A DNA stretch of 64,000 nucleotides from Neoconidiobolus thromboides FSU 785. Taxonomy: Eukaryota > Fungi > Entomophthoromycota. The notes beneath the pieces are model-generated. The model made no database searches. It had not been told where the DNA came from and was given only the letters and a program-made list of their open reading frames with translations. The stretch spans positions 124,001 through 188,000 of the forward strand of contig MU626264.1 in the NCBI GenBank assembly GCA_025603075.1. Direction: 5' to 3'. Made by a program: the position numbers and the translations under genes. This document shows, piece after piece, positions 36,196 to 48,760 of the stretch; the stretch's first letter is position 1; each line of letters starts with the position of its first letter.

Positions 36196-37194
36196 CTAAG
36201 AACTAAAAGAAACTGGTGGTGAATGACTGAAAGAGTCTATAGTGATGGAGTCAAACCAAGATGAACCTGCTTTAGCCCAACCCATACCATAAACTGGGGA
36301 ACAAGATAAGTGGATAGGAGAAGAGCTTAAAAGATTATTGTTACACTGGATATTATTGAATACATTTGACGATGTAAAAAAAGTTTCATTTATCGATATA
36401 AAATCATTTTGTTTATAACTCGATTTCGGTATACATTTGATATGCTGATTTACTACTTCTTCCTTCAAGCTATCGTTGATACAATACCTTGAACCGAAAC
36501 TTGGCTTTGGTTCTTTAATATATACACTGGGTTTAATGGTTACTGTATAATTTTTACCTTCGTTGTTATCCCAGTACTCATTATTACATACATTATATTG
36601 AATTGCAAATTTTAAACTATATTCCGCATTTACATCTTCGCTCGTTAACTTATCTTTTGGTAAGGTTAATACAAATTGAAATTGATCTTTATCTTGATTT
36701 ATACTTTTATGATGATAAGCATCGATATGTGAAAATGAAGTCCAATTATCAAAGGTATATCTCACTATAACTTCTTTTTGAAAGGTTATATTGGTTACAT
36801 TTATTAGCCCTTGAATTCTTGACTTATCTTTACTTAATTCGATACCTTCTAAATGAACCATATGATGATACCTATCTACAGTTGAATTGAAATTAGTCAA
36901 TTTAATACTTAAAGGTATTTTCCCACTAATAGATTGAGGACATAATGTTTTATCGAATCGCACTATTTTAGCTAATTCTTTACTTGAAAACTGGACACTT
37001 TTTAGTCCATGTTTACTATTAAAACTATCTTCTCTTTTTAATATCGGTTTAACAACTTCCCCCGAAATTTTACGTATTAATAGTTTTGGTTTAGGTTGAA
37101 TCTGGGATTCAAAGATAGCATGAGTCAAAGATAACGAAGTGGTAGGTACATGGTTTATTGTACTCAGTAAAGGAGGTGAGTAATTATAAAGCAT
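36196..37194 (-). CDS. PP1 glycogen-targeting regulatory subunit (CBM21), paralog 1
   Basis: RKISGEVVKPILK, RVxF-type KSVQF, CBM21 core (VTNITFQKEVIVRYTFDNW, FAIQY, YWDNNEGKNY). Confidence 0.88.
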   Translation of the reverse strand: MLYNYSPPLLSTINHVPTTSLSLTHAIFESQIQPKPKLLIRKISGEVVKPILKREDSFNSKHGLKSVQFSSKELAKIVRFDKTLCPQSISGKIPLSIKLTNFNSTVDRYHHMVHLEGIELSKDKSRIQGLINVTNITFQKEVIVRYTFDNWTSFSHIDAYHHKSINQDKDQFQFVLTLPKDKLTSEDVNAEYSLKFAIQYNVCNNEYWDNNEGKNYTVTIKPSVYIKEPKPSFGSRYCINDSLKEEVVNQHIKCIPKSSYKQNDFISINETFFTSSNVFNNIQCNNNLLSSSPIHLSCSPVYGMGWAKAGSSWFDSITIDSFSHSPPVSFSS

Positions 37195-40100
37195 ATTTTT
37201 TTAAAAAAAAAATAGAATAAAAAAAGCGTTATCTCTGATAAAGCTAAAATTTATAATTTTCGTTGATTATGGGGAAAATTGATTATTATCAGGGGTAGAT
37301 TTGAAGTTTCTAATGTTGTTTATATACTAATTCAATAATTGTATTGACGTCGACATTAGCTCCAAATGATTGGTTCTATTCTTATCACTTTTAAAGATGG
37401 AGGGTAGATAAAGGGAGTTGGGTAAACTTGTGTTTGTCTTAAACTTTCATTTCACTCAAATTAAATGTAAGAATGAGCTCATTTCAATTTATTCTCTAGA
37501 ACTACAGGATTTTAATATAACATTTAGCAGATAACAACGCCATATTAATAAAACTATTCGTATGAGTTTAAATTTATGTTATTATTACAATTGTATAAAC
37601 TTTATTACTACTTTATTAATAAATAATAAATAGTAAAAATAATACACTTAAATTGATTGATGTTAGTTTGTTTTATAATTCAAGTTTTAACCACAAATTG
37701 ATGTGAGATCATTAAAGTTACATTGATTAATGAAATATAAATAGGAATATTTTAATAACAAAGTGAGCCAAAGTTTAGGGGGTGGGATTTTTACAGATAA
37801 CGGTATAGTGTGGAACTAATTTTCCATTTAATATTGCGATTTTTTAAATTCAGGCGGTGCTCTTATCTTTGAAACTATTAAAACTACTAAAACTATTAAA
37901 GCTATTAAAAATATAGTAATAATAAAATATAATATCAATAAACTTTAAGATAACTATAATACTTTAACAGAAATCAAGTTTTCTTATCTATTTATTCATC
38001 AAATAGCTGATTAAAATGAACATCCTTAGACTTATTATTACGTTATTAACAATAGTTATTTAACTTTATAATTTAATTGCACAAACATGGTTCAGTTTCA
38101 AGCATAAAGTTTTGGGATTGAAAATTCTATAGAATCTTTTTTGGGTTATTTTTATAAATGCAGTCTATTTTTAGTTAACTTTATCCCTTAAACGTTTTAA
38201 TAAACTTGGAGGTAGTAAAAATACTCTTATCTAAGGCAAAAGCTTGTACCATTTAGTATTAATTTATTAAAGTACGGATGGTTTGTAATAACAAAAAGGA
38301 TAAGATGGAATTATAATTAATAGTTTCTTATCTATGAAAACAAACTAAGTAATAACCAAACATAATGATTTGTTTAGTATAAACTTACGTTTGAATTTAA
38401 GAGTTAACTGAAGTTGAGATTTCTAGGCGTGAGAAAAATTAATGGAAACAAGGGAATTATTTTATTTCATTTAATCTTATAAAGTTAAACCTTAAAATTT
38501 AGTACCTCCTTTTTGAAAAGGGGATAAGAATAAGAGTATAATTTGATATTTTTGAATTATCATTGCAAAATGAGTTAAAATTAATAGTTAAATAGTTATA
38601 AGATTCATACTATTAAAACGTGGCAAAAAGTAGAGATTAGACGGTGTTATTTGTTGTCTATCAAATAAAAGCACCTTATAATTTATAACTTAAATGAAAA
38701 TCGTGGCAAATGTTATTTACTTAATGATATAACCTTAATATTAATGGTGGTTAAGTATAGCGATAAGATAAAATAGTGATTTGATAGTACATTGAGGGGG
38801 ATATACTATTATCAATAATCGAAAATTAGATTACAAAATTCATAAAAGAACTATAAGTATTATTTTAAAAGTTTTATACCAGATTATTCCCATGTTATTA
38901 TTATTTTTGAAGGTTTACGTATTTTTATATTTTTAAAGGGGATTGTTTAAAATTTATTAAAACTTGCTTGATTTTACCACGGTATTAATCATTTCAAACA
39001 TTTTTAAACTTCATAACACCCTTTCACTACATATGATCTTTAATAAAATCATATTATATTTTATATGTTTTTTTACTATAAATGTTTAAAATGTTTGACT
39101 TTCTTTTATATTATAATAATCCTAAATTATACTATAAACAAATAAATGTTAAATTAAATTAGGCTTATCTTTTATAATTAAAGATAATAATTTCAGTGTT
39201 TGATATCAAAAAATCGAGCCCACTAAGCTAAGAGTGGTGTTTTATTAAGCAAAAGCAACAAATAAGGAGTATCTCATGATAATATTTTTTAAAATAGATC
39301 AAGATCATGTTATCTTTTAATAAATGCTTTATAAAACTTAGTTTAACTCAAATCAAACTGTACAAATTTATCTATTTTACAGGCGTAAATTTTAATCCAT
39401 CTGACTCATTTTTTACTTTTGATTGTTAGTGATCTAATCATATTTACCCTGAATTTTTCCCTGAGTTTTTCCCATGCTTTTACTTACAATTCAAAATAAG
39501 GTGATTAGAAATTAAAACCTTAATAAGTTAACGTAATAAAATAAAACAAAGTAAACGAACGATCTTATTTAATATTTATTTAATATAATACAATGTTATT
39601 TTATGAATATTGTATTATATAAAGATTCAAATAATATATTATTATTATCTCTATACTTACTTTTTTATCTTAATTATATTTAAGCCAATCGTTTAATTAG
39701 TTTAAGTATTATGTATTTTATCGCTTCTTCATTTATTTTTTTATTAACATCAGATTAAGTTAAAAATTAATCAATTTTAACAATTCAAGCGTGTATTGAT
39801 ATTCTACTAATAATATCAAGAAGCTATTTATCAATAATAGCAATTAATTAAATATAAGTATTGTTTAATTAAACACTAAAATAATCTTGTATAATATTTT
39901 ATTTGTATTTTACTTTTGTAAGTTTGTTAGACTCAGCTTTTTTGTTTTGAAGATAACAACGTTCTATTAAAAATAAACCGATAAATTGCATACTAAATTT
40001 AGCAATTTACATAATGTTTGCTTGTCCTTATCTTATCGCATAAATTTAATAATTTATGAGGAGGATCCTAATAAATTTAGAAATCCAATTCTTAGGAACC

Positions 40101-40264
40101 CCAAAAGTATAAATATGAACTCAAACTACTCAACTTTTTTTTTAAATCTCTTTTAAATTGAAAATAGAAATCTCTATAGTTTCAACTTTAATTGTATTTA
40201 TTTAACTAGTTCTTCACTTATAAACATCCAAACTTATTTAATTATCAACTTTATTTATTACAAC

Positions 40265-41326
40265 ATGTTGTCCGTATCACCTTCTGCTTTATTTCAATTC
40301 CAATCTCAACTACACAATGTCAGTGTCAATACTGTATCTGTTCCAGCTTACAAGCCAACTAAAAAAGTTATCATCCCTAAGATCGAGGTTATTAAACCCC
40401 TTGCTACTTCAATCCCAGTTCATACTACCAATCAAACCAAATCGGCTTTAAAGTCACCAGTAAGACCAGGTCATTCAAGATCGAAGTCAGTAACATTTAA
40501 TGAGGAGCTTACTAAGGTACGTACCTTTGATAAACTATTATGTCCTCAAGCAGTAAGTGGTAAAGTTCCTTTATCAATCTCATGTCCTGATTTGCTTCAT
40601 CTTCAACATCGTATATTTTCACAACAAGTCTGTTTAGAGTCTATTGCTTTAGATAGCTTATGTGCTAGTATTATTGGTAAGATTCGTGTCAACAATCTCG
40701 ATTATGCTAAAAAAGTCATCTTAAGATATACCTTTGATGATTGGAATACAACTCAAGAAAGTGAAGCTGCCTACTTTCGTTCTTTATCTCAAACTTCAAA
40801 TGCACAAGATTTATTCAAATATAAGATAGATATTCCAAAGAGTATTTTATTTACAAACAATCCTAAAAAGGTATTCAAGCTTCAATTTGCTATTCAATAT
40901 AATGTAAGAGGTGAAGAGCACTGGGACAATAACAACAATAACAACTACATTGTTGATGTCAACCCTTCCTATTATGTTAATGTTCAAGAAACAGATAAAA
41001 CTTGTTCAGCTCCTATTCCAATCAGACCTGGTAATTCAAACAGAGTCCGTTCTAAATCTTTTGACAGTTCTTCTCCTGCACCTTCCTTATCTAATTTAAT
41101 TCAAAATACAACTACCAACTCACCCTTTTCAACCCGCTATAGCTTTGAACAATCTTTAAAGTCTAGTAGATCGGCCAAGGTGGACCTTAAATCATTTTGC
41201 AATGAGGTTCAAGCTTTACAAAGTGAACAAATCCGTTCTCAAGCACAAGTCCATTATGAGCCTGTGTCATGTTCTCCTATCAGTAACTACCAAAGCTTTG
41301 GATGGGGAAAATCATACTGTAATTAA
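40265..41326 (+). CDS. PP1 glycogen-targeting regulatory subunit (CBM21), paralog 2
   Basis: KSVTF, VNNLDYAKKVILRYTFDDW, FAIQY, HWDNNNNNNY. Confidence 0.88.
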   Translation: MLSVSPSALFQFQSQLHNVSVNTVSVPAYKPTKKVIIPKIEVIKPLATSIPVHTTNQTKSALKSPVRPGHSRSKSVTFNEELTKVRTFDKLLCPQAVSGKVPLSISCPDLLHLQHRIFSQQVCLESIALDSLCASIIGKIRVNNLDYAKKVILRYTFDDWNTTQESEAAYFRSLSQTSNAQDLFKYKIDIPKSILFTNNPKKVFKLQFAIQYNVRGEEHWDNNNNNNYIVDVNPSYYVNVQETDKTCSAPIPIRPGNSNRVRSKSFDSSSPAPSLSNLIQNTTTNSPFSTRYSFEQSLKSSRSAKVDLKSFCNEVQALQSEQIRSQAQVHYEPVSCSPISNYQSFGWGKSYCN

Positions 41327-42264
41327 TAATTCTAAGCTGGGCTTATTAAAAGTTTTCTATGTTTATTTAATCATTGCTTTATTTAATTTTGTTCTAAAAG
41401 GACAGTTAATAAAAATAAAATGTTATGATCTCACTATTGCACTAAAATTTAAAGTATAAATTGTTCCTAGGTTAAATTAACGCTATAAAATTTAGAAGGT
41501 AAAGTTACATAGTTTCTATAAAAGTTATATGAAATTAATTTATAATTAAATAAAGATAGAGTTTGGAAAAAAATAATAGAATAAATACGAAAAGGAGTTT
41601 AAAAATATATATACAGAAAAATAACACTTTAAAATAATACAAATTCTATAAAGAAAAAATTAATATCATTACAAATATTTATCTTATACCTTTCATTTTA
41701 TACTTATATTGTGAAAAGAATAATTATAAATCAAAACCAAAATGCTGTTACTTTTGGGGTATCATTAGTAAACTATTAGTAAGTAATAAATTAGAACTTC
41801 ATTAAAAGTAAGTAGATTAGCCGAATAAATGAAAATAAAATACTTGATTGTAGCATTTATAATATTTGAAGTAAATACGACAAACTATCATATTAAAAAA
41901 AATAAAATAATTAAAGTATATATGGAATGATAAATACAAATTAATTTTTTTAATGATATCAGTTTGGAGTCACTTTTTTTATCTTTATAACATTGTTAAT
42001 TCCTATATTGACCTCTTTCGAGTATTATACTTGATTTTACTATTGAGAATAAAGCGATTTTCATATTTTTATTGTTTTAAAATGAAAATTGAGGTTTGGT
42101 TTTATTACCTCTTATCGCTTTATAATGAGATAAGGATGATAAAAAGAAGAAATTATAAATCATTGATTTCTAAAAACAAAATAGAAAAAGCAGATGTAAA
42201 AATATAATATATTTTTAATAATACTAAATAAATTAAGACTAAAAACTAATACAATTCTTTTTTT

Positions 42265-43410
42265 TCAAGTATGTAAAGGTGAACTATTATTACTATTTCT
42301 ATCCTCCATGGGAATAGAGTCATAAAAACTTTTACTAGTATTTGGTAAATTATAAAAATAAGGGCTAGTACTGGCATTAAAACTACCTGGTTCAAATTGA
42401 GCTTCATTCTCTGGTGATGGTGGGTCATACAATAACCATCCATTAGTATTCTTGCCACTCGCTTTATTCATACTATCTACTTTAGAAATAATAGCCTCAC
42501 TTCGGCTACCATTCTCTTGTTTAACATTATTTTTAAATGAGTATCTAGCCCCAAATTGGGACTTTGTTTCATTTAGTCTAAAATTATCAGGTGAAGACAG
42601 ATCAGGTGAAGCACCATAGCTTGAAGCTAAGTCAAAAGAATTACTACGTCTACCTTTTGGTAGTGGGATGGCTACACTTTGCTCCATATAATCTGGATCT
42701 ACTTCAATGTTGGGTGTAATTTCTATAGAGTAATTTCTACCTTGATTGTTATCCCAGTATTCTTTTCCACAGCAATTAAATTGAATCGCAAATTTAATGG
42801 AATGAATTTCATCTGGGTCATTGCTTACTCGCATCTCTGGTGGGATCATTAAATCAAATCTAAATATATCTTGTTGTATAGCTGATAGATGTACAGGCCT
42901 TAAATATTTGGCATAAATGACTTGAAACGATGTCCAATGATCAAAACTATACCGTACCAATACTTCCTTGGCAAAGCAAAGGTTTTGCACTCTTATCAAG
43001 CCTACTATTGCTGAGTTTTCTTTATCTAGTTCAATGCTTTCCAAAACAACGGGTAAACTTTCAAGGAAAGATGAATTACTAGAGAAATTGATTACTTTCA
43101 TAGTCATAGGAATGATACCACTAACGGATTGAGGGCATTCTAATTTATCATAAGAACGTACACGTACCAAATTACTGGTGAAAGAAACTGCTTTTGGACT
43201 GTGAGGAGCACTACCATCGGTATAATGCTTTAATGCAGATTTTACTACTTCCCCGGATTTTTTTCTTACTAGTTTTGGACGGCCGTTTGGTGGACTTACA
43301 GTACCATTATTAGTATTAGATTGATTTAAGTTACGCTCATAAGTAGCGTGGGTAAATGAGATTTTGGTTGTGATTGGATCATTCAAAGTTTTTGGATAAA
43401 ACATAATCAA
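42265..43410 (-). CDS. PP1 glycogen-targeting regulatory subunit (CBM21), paralog 3
   Basis: LVRKKSGEVVKSALK, KAVSF, VQNLCFAKEVLVRYSFDHW, FAIQF, YWDNNQGRNY. Confidence 0.88.
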   Translation of the reverse strand: MIMFYPKTLNDPITTKISFTHATYERNLNQSNTNNGTVSPPNGRPKLVRKKSGEVVKSALKHYTDGSAPHSPKAVSFTSNLVRVRSYDKLECPQSVSGIIPMTMKVINFSSNSSFLESLPVVLESIELDKENSAIVGLIRVQNLCFAKEVLVRYSFDHWTSFQVIYAKYLRPVHLSAIQQDIFRFDLMIPPEMRVSNDPDEIHSIKFAIQFNCCGKEYWDNNQGRNYSIEITPNIEVDPDYMEQSVAIPLPKGRRSNSFDLASSYGASPDLSSPDNFRLNETKSQFGARYSFKNNVKQENGSRSEAIISKVDSMNKASGKNTNGWLLYDPPSPENEAQFEPGSFNASTSPYFYNLPNTSKSFYDSIPMEDRNSNNSSPLHT

Positions 43411-44327
43411 AAAGTGAATAATTTCAATTTAAAAGGTTAAAAATAAAATAAACACATAAAGGTTTAAATCAGTTAAAAAAAGTTAACTTGATTTTTTCTC
43501 CCTTGCTTTTATCTTAGGGGGCATAACAATGATGTCAAACATTGATTACTAAATTAAATTTGTTTTATAGGTGGAGTAAAAATCTGGTTGATTTAAAAAT
43601 TTTACTGCCATAGCTTAAATTGTTTTGTATATAATAGAACCAATATGTGATATATAATTTGATTTTCCTTTATATTGTTATTTACTTTCATATTATTCAA
43701 TCGATATTGGTATTTTTTATTTAACAATAACAAAGTTTACAGTAATTAACACAAGCTGTTAATCCTTTTAAAAAGAGCAATATAATGTACGGGAATATTT
43801 TTTTCATTTCAGTATCTTGTCCAATTTTAAATAGTCTAATTTTTTAAATTATCAGTTAGCTGATATACGAAAACATGCCTATAATATTTAAAACAAGCAG
43901 ATATCACGATAAGGAGTTCCAAGGTACAAATTACGATAAATTAATAATCAAAATTAATAATCAAAGCTTATCTTATGTGGTAAACTTTAGTTTACTAATA
44001 TGAATAGTTTTGATTTATATTTTCAAAACTTTTGTCCATTATAAACTCTAGTTGCCATGTATATTAAATAGTAATACAAATTATTTAAAATAGCTAATAA
44101 AATTGAATTTATAATATATCATGTATGGACCAATAAAATAGCCTGATTTACTATAAAAAGTAAATGACTGTATTTTATTTATAAGTCCAATAAAAAACTT
44201 TTGCAATTTTAGATTATTTAAATAGCGAACAAAATGGAAACAAAAATTATCAAGTGTGATGCTTAAAAAGGTTAATTTGAAGCTATTGATTTATTACTCA
44301 ACTCTTGTACTTTAAAATTCATTATAT

Positions 44328-44426
44328 GGAAATGTATATTTTTGTTTAGGAACTTTACTAACAATCTTTTTGTTCAAATAGCGCTTAAAAAATGTAAAAA
44401 ATGATGAAATTTAAAAAAACTTCCTT
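44328..44426 (+). mobile_element. MITE family copy 16 (diverged)
   Basis: Core TTTACTAACAATC...CAAATAGCGCTTAAAAAATG; degraded TIRs, ATAT flanks. Confidence 0.78.
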
Positions 44427-44958
44427 ATATTTATTCAAAAAAATTATTTGTTATTATTATATTATTTCCCTGTAATGATTATTACTTCACCAGCTTTATT
44501 CAAATTAATAAGAAACTTTAAAAAATATTTATTTGGAGGATAGCATGTCAAGATAAATCTATATGTTTCTCAAAAAACTATTAGTCTATTCAGAAGCAAA
44601 TACTAATACTAGTTTTTGTCATGTATTGATTTCCCTATAATTCTATGTTTTTTTTAATTAATACAAACATGTGAAACTAACCTTTTAGAAATTTTAACAA
44701 AATTCCAAAAGAGGATGCCCCCTCAAATAAAATACTAGCTAAAAAAATAAGAGTAGAAGTGTAGGTAAGAAAAAAGAGTGATGTAAAAATAAAAAAATAG
44801 AATTACAAATGAAAGCTCGCATTCACTAATGGCGACTTTAAACTATATGGATCAGTTTTCATTGATTTTTTATATATATTGTGTATTTTTATTATCCCCT
44901 TTTTATTAATTTATTATTAAGTATCAAATAAGCTATTAGTAACTCTATTTCAATTTAT

Positions 44959-45057
44959 GGGAATGTTCTTTTTGGCTTCATCACTTTTTCTATGTTTTAA
45001 GCGCTATTTGAGCGGAAAAATTGTTAATAAAATTCTTAAACACAAAAATACGTCCCC
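44959..45057 (-). mobile_element. MITE family copy 17
   Basis: GGGAATGTTCTTTT ... ATACGTCCCC with core. Confidence 0.88.
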
Positions 45058-46703
45058 TTACTATATTTTCAAAATTATTGTGTTATAACAGCTATTTTTA
45101 ACTATGGGTTGCACTATAGCAAGTGCTTTATATTAATTTTAAATTAAAGTAAGAAAGTACATTAAGCTCAGTTAGAAAAAAGATAGTTTGATAAGTAATA
45201 TCCATGCTCCTTTAAAAAAAAGCTCAGTATTAAACAATTTTGTATAAAAAATAAGTCATCTTAAGAACTCTGGTTTGTTTATATTCAATGTCCAAACTAG
45301 TAAAGTAGGTCATAAATTAAAAGAAGATATGGGGATGTCCAAATTAGTTTCACTTTTTTTCCAATTTTTAAAAATTATATATTTTAAAACCACTTGAAAT
45401 TCTATAAAAATAAAGAATTTATTAAAAAGTAAAAGTACCTAACACAGTTTTAATTTTATTATAGTTTATGTTACAAGTTAGCAGAATTTCTACTAAATTT
45501 AATAAAATTTTCCAGATTGGCAAAGCTTTTACCAATGTAACCTATACATTGATATTAATCAAAGGTGTAATAGGTAAATAAATACATGTTTTCATAAAAC
45601 TTTATATGAAATATCGCTTTGTCAGCCTCATGATTAATTATAGGATAATAATCGCCTAAGCTGTTGTGTTCTCGAGTTTAGAGACAGTCAATTCCACGTT
45701 CCTAGCTTGATTTACTATGAGAATTTCTAGCTTCATTCCAAAGAATATTCTTCTCATTTTGATATTTGTGCTTGCCAGAGTATAAAAGGGATTTTAGAGT
45801 ATAATAGTTCGAAGCTTTTTAACTGAATTATTCCTTGACATCTCGTACATTTAGTAAAGACACTAAGTTTTCTTAATAGTATTTTACGTAGATTTTACAT
45901 TAGTATTGTTTATTCTATTTGTCTTATACAGCCCGTAGCCTATTACATGCTATTCTTCATAATTTAAGTCTATATTAGTCACATAAACTAAGGCCTTTCG
46001 ACTTATAGTGTAGTCAACCAGAAAACAGCTATTTTTGACTCCAATCACTGAGTACCAGATTTCACGCTTTATTAAGAAGTATCTATTATTAATTACTTTA
46101 TAGTCAACATTGGAGATTTGCTATCAAATAAATGAATAATTTTAATATTATAATTACATTATTGGTATATTACTAAGTTAATAAATAGCTGTATGGGAGG
46201 GAGTGATTAGCCTTAAAGCTATAACTAGTTATCTTTATATAATATAAGCAATGTAATAATAGTTTTTATTTATTATTACAACTATCTGCCTTTTAGTTAT
46301 TTATTGACTTAGTTACTAATAATTTAAGAATATTAATATTTAATAATTAATTTGTATTACTTAATAAGCTACTTATTTGCTTGATAAGCATTAAAGCTTT
46401 TAAGTTTTCTATTATTATAAATAAGCTAGGGATGATTTTTTATTTTTTTATTTTCTATAAACTTTATAACTTTAATTAAGATTATATTGGATTTTTTTAA
46501 TTTATCAGATACTGGATAAAAACATAGTTTATTATTATATTTAATAAAATATGATATTTTCTAATGCTCTACATTTTTTAGATATATGATACAAAGACTT
46601 TTAAATTTTAGGATAGTTTCCTGTATCTGCTTATATATTAATTTTTATAGACCTTCTAAATAAAAGTTTTTTTATTAAATTAATTAAATAGTTTTTTGCA
46701 TAT

Positions 46704-46802
46704 GGAGGTGTTTTTTTTGATTTCATCACTTTTTCTATTTTTTAAGCACTATTTGAGTAGAAAGATTGTTAGTAAAATTCTTAAACGCAAAAATACATCC
46801 TC
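46704..46802 (-). mobile_element. MITE family copy 18
   Basis: GGAGGTGTTTTTT ... ATACATCCTC, ATAT flanks. Confidence 0.88.
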
Positions 46803-46888
46803 ATATACTGAATTACAATCTAATATTCCAAATAAATAACTAAAATCAACTCCATTTATTATTTATTTAAAGCTTAAAATTATTATAT

Positions 46889-46987
46889 GTGGATGTTTTT
46901 TTTGGCTTCATCACTTTTTCTATTTTTTAAGCGCTATTTGAGTGGAAAAATTGTTAGTAAAATTCTTAAATACAAAAAGACATCCCT
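46889..46987 (-). mobile_element. MITE family copy 19
   Basis: GTGGATGTTTTTT ... AGACATCCCT. Confidence 0.88.
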
Positions 46988-48663
46988 ATGTCCTTTGTTT
47001 TTCTTTTTTGATTAAAAGAATGAGTTTAGATAAACAATAGAAATCGAAAATCAAAGTTTTTAAAATAAGTAAATTCATCCTTGATAAAGTTCTAACTTGC
47101 TATATTAAGAAGTATTGATTTTTTTTATAGAAGGGGTTAAACAAATAATTTAAAATGAGATTTATTTAAAATAAACTTTATTAGAAACAATCAAAAAGAC
47201 GACTTCAATATCAAATAACAAAGGCAGACAAATTATATTTTCTAAGCTATCATTTAAATTGCCAATTGTATTTACCGAAAAATTAAACTGGAAAGTTTAA
47301 CGACCAAGATCAAAACATTTAGTATTTAAAGTAAACTGTCCGTTATCTTAACTTAGAGATTTATATCCTAGGTTTTAATGTTAAAAAATCAAGAGAAAAT
47401 TTAACTTCCAACTAAAATAAAATAGCCATCTAAAGCCTAATTAGCGTTGAGACTAAAAGGATTTTATTATAGCTAACAGCTAACTAAAAGATATCGATAA
47501 GAAAAGCAGTAAAAGACATTTTGCAAATTATAGCATTATAGTTGAGATTATTACAAAATAAGAAGATCAATCAAAGCTGTAAAGGCAAATCTGATATCCA
47601 ACTATTAAAATAAGTTGGTATAATAAGGGTTTAAGTTCTGTTATTATTTAAACAAATAGATTCTAACTAATGGCTTTTTTTATTCAACTATAACTATTTA
47701 AAATTTAAGCTAATCTAGTATTTTTTGATGTATTAAATTATATAATGAGCTCATTAAACTAAGATTTCAAGTAAAAATAGTATGCAATTATTAAAGCTGT
47801 TTTATTTACAAAATTCAACAGCTGATTAGTGCAAAGTGAAGTAATATTGGATTTGAAAAACTAGAGATTGATTATTTTCTATCTTATATTTTTTTATAAA
47901 AGACTATGCCATTTATGACTTAAGTGCTTCAATAATTTTATAATCCCCAAACTTACGAAAATCTGAGGCATTAGTTTTATAATAAAAATTACCAAGATCT
48001 GAATATCAATAAATATGGGGATGTCAGTTTATAAGCAGGCCTATCATTGACTCCTTAATATAATCCAACTTTATTTCCGCTCTGTAAAAAGGGAATAGAA
48101 TATCAATGACCCTGATATCATAAATGTTTGTTGATTTGACTATATGCATGCTATGAGTAGCTGCAAAGATTTCATCCATATCCTAAATTTTTTTAACTTT
48201 GTCAACATACCCGGCATTTCTAGTATCTATATCCTCAAACACTACCAACATTGATTTATCTGACTTGATGGCAAAGTTGGGTACATAAGTAATAGTCTCT
48301 CTCATTATCAACACTGACATTTAATGTAGGCTTTACTTTGATCCAAAAGGGATGATCATTCATCTTTATGGTTTGGAGCAAGGAATACATATGAGTGCCA
48401 ACAAAACATCTAACATTACTGTAATCCATCAAGTACAATTGTTTAATTTGGTCCACAAATGTTTTACATCCTAATGATAATGTCAAAGTTTTTATATTAA
48501 CACTTTTTCATTTGTGGTCTTTTGCACAGTTTAAATGAATTTCTTTTTGAGTAGAGTTGTTAGGAAGCTCAAAAAAAATCCTTGCTAGTTATCCTAATAC
48601 AAAAAGTATATACTATTGTTGATCTTCATTCTACTGTTTTATAACTGTAGCACAATAGAACAT

Positions 48664-48760
48664 GAGAATGTTTTTTGGCTTCATCACTTTTTCCATCTTT
48701 TAAGCACTATTTGAGCAGGAAAATTATTAGTAAAATCCTTAAAGACAAAAATACATCCCC
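48664..48760 (-). mobile_element. MITE family copy 20
   Basis: GAGAATGTTTTTT ... ATACATCCCC. Confidence 0.88.

Noticed and set aside
30572-43410. CDK5/PHO85-family kinase lying near glycogen-targeting genes as a functional cluster
   Set aside because: Unrelated genes (SDHAF2, protease) intervene and the kinase looks CDK5-like; proximity is likely chance
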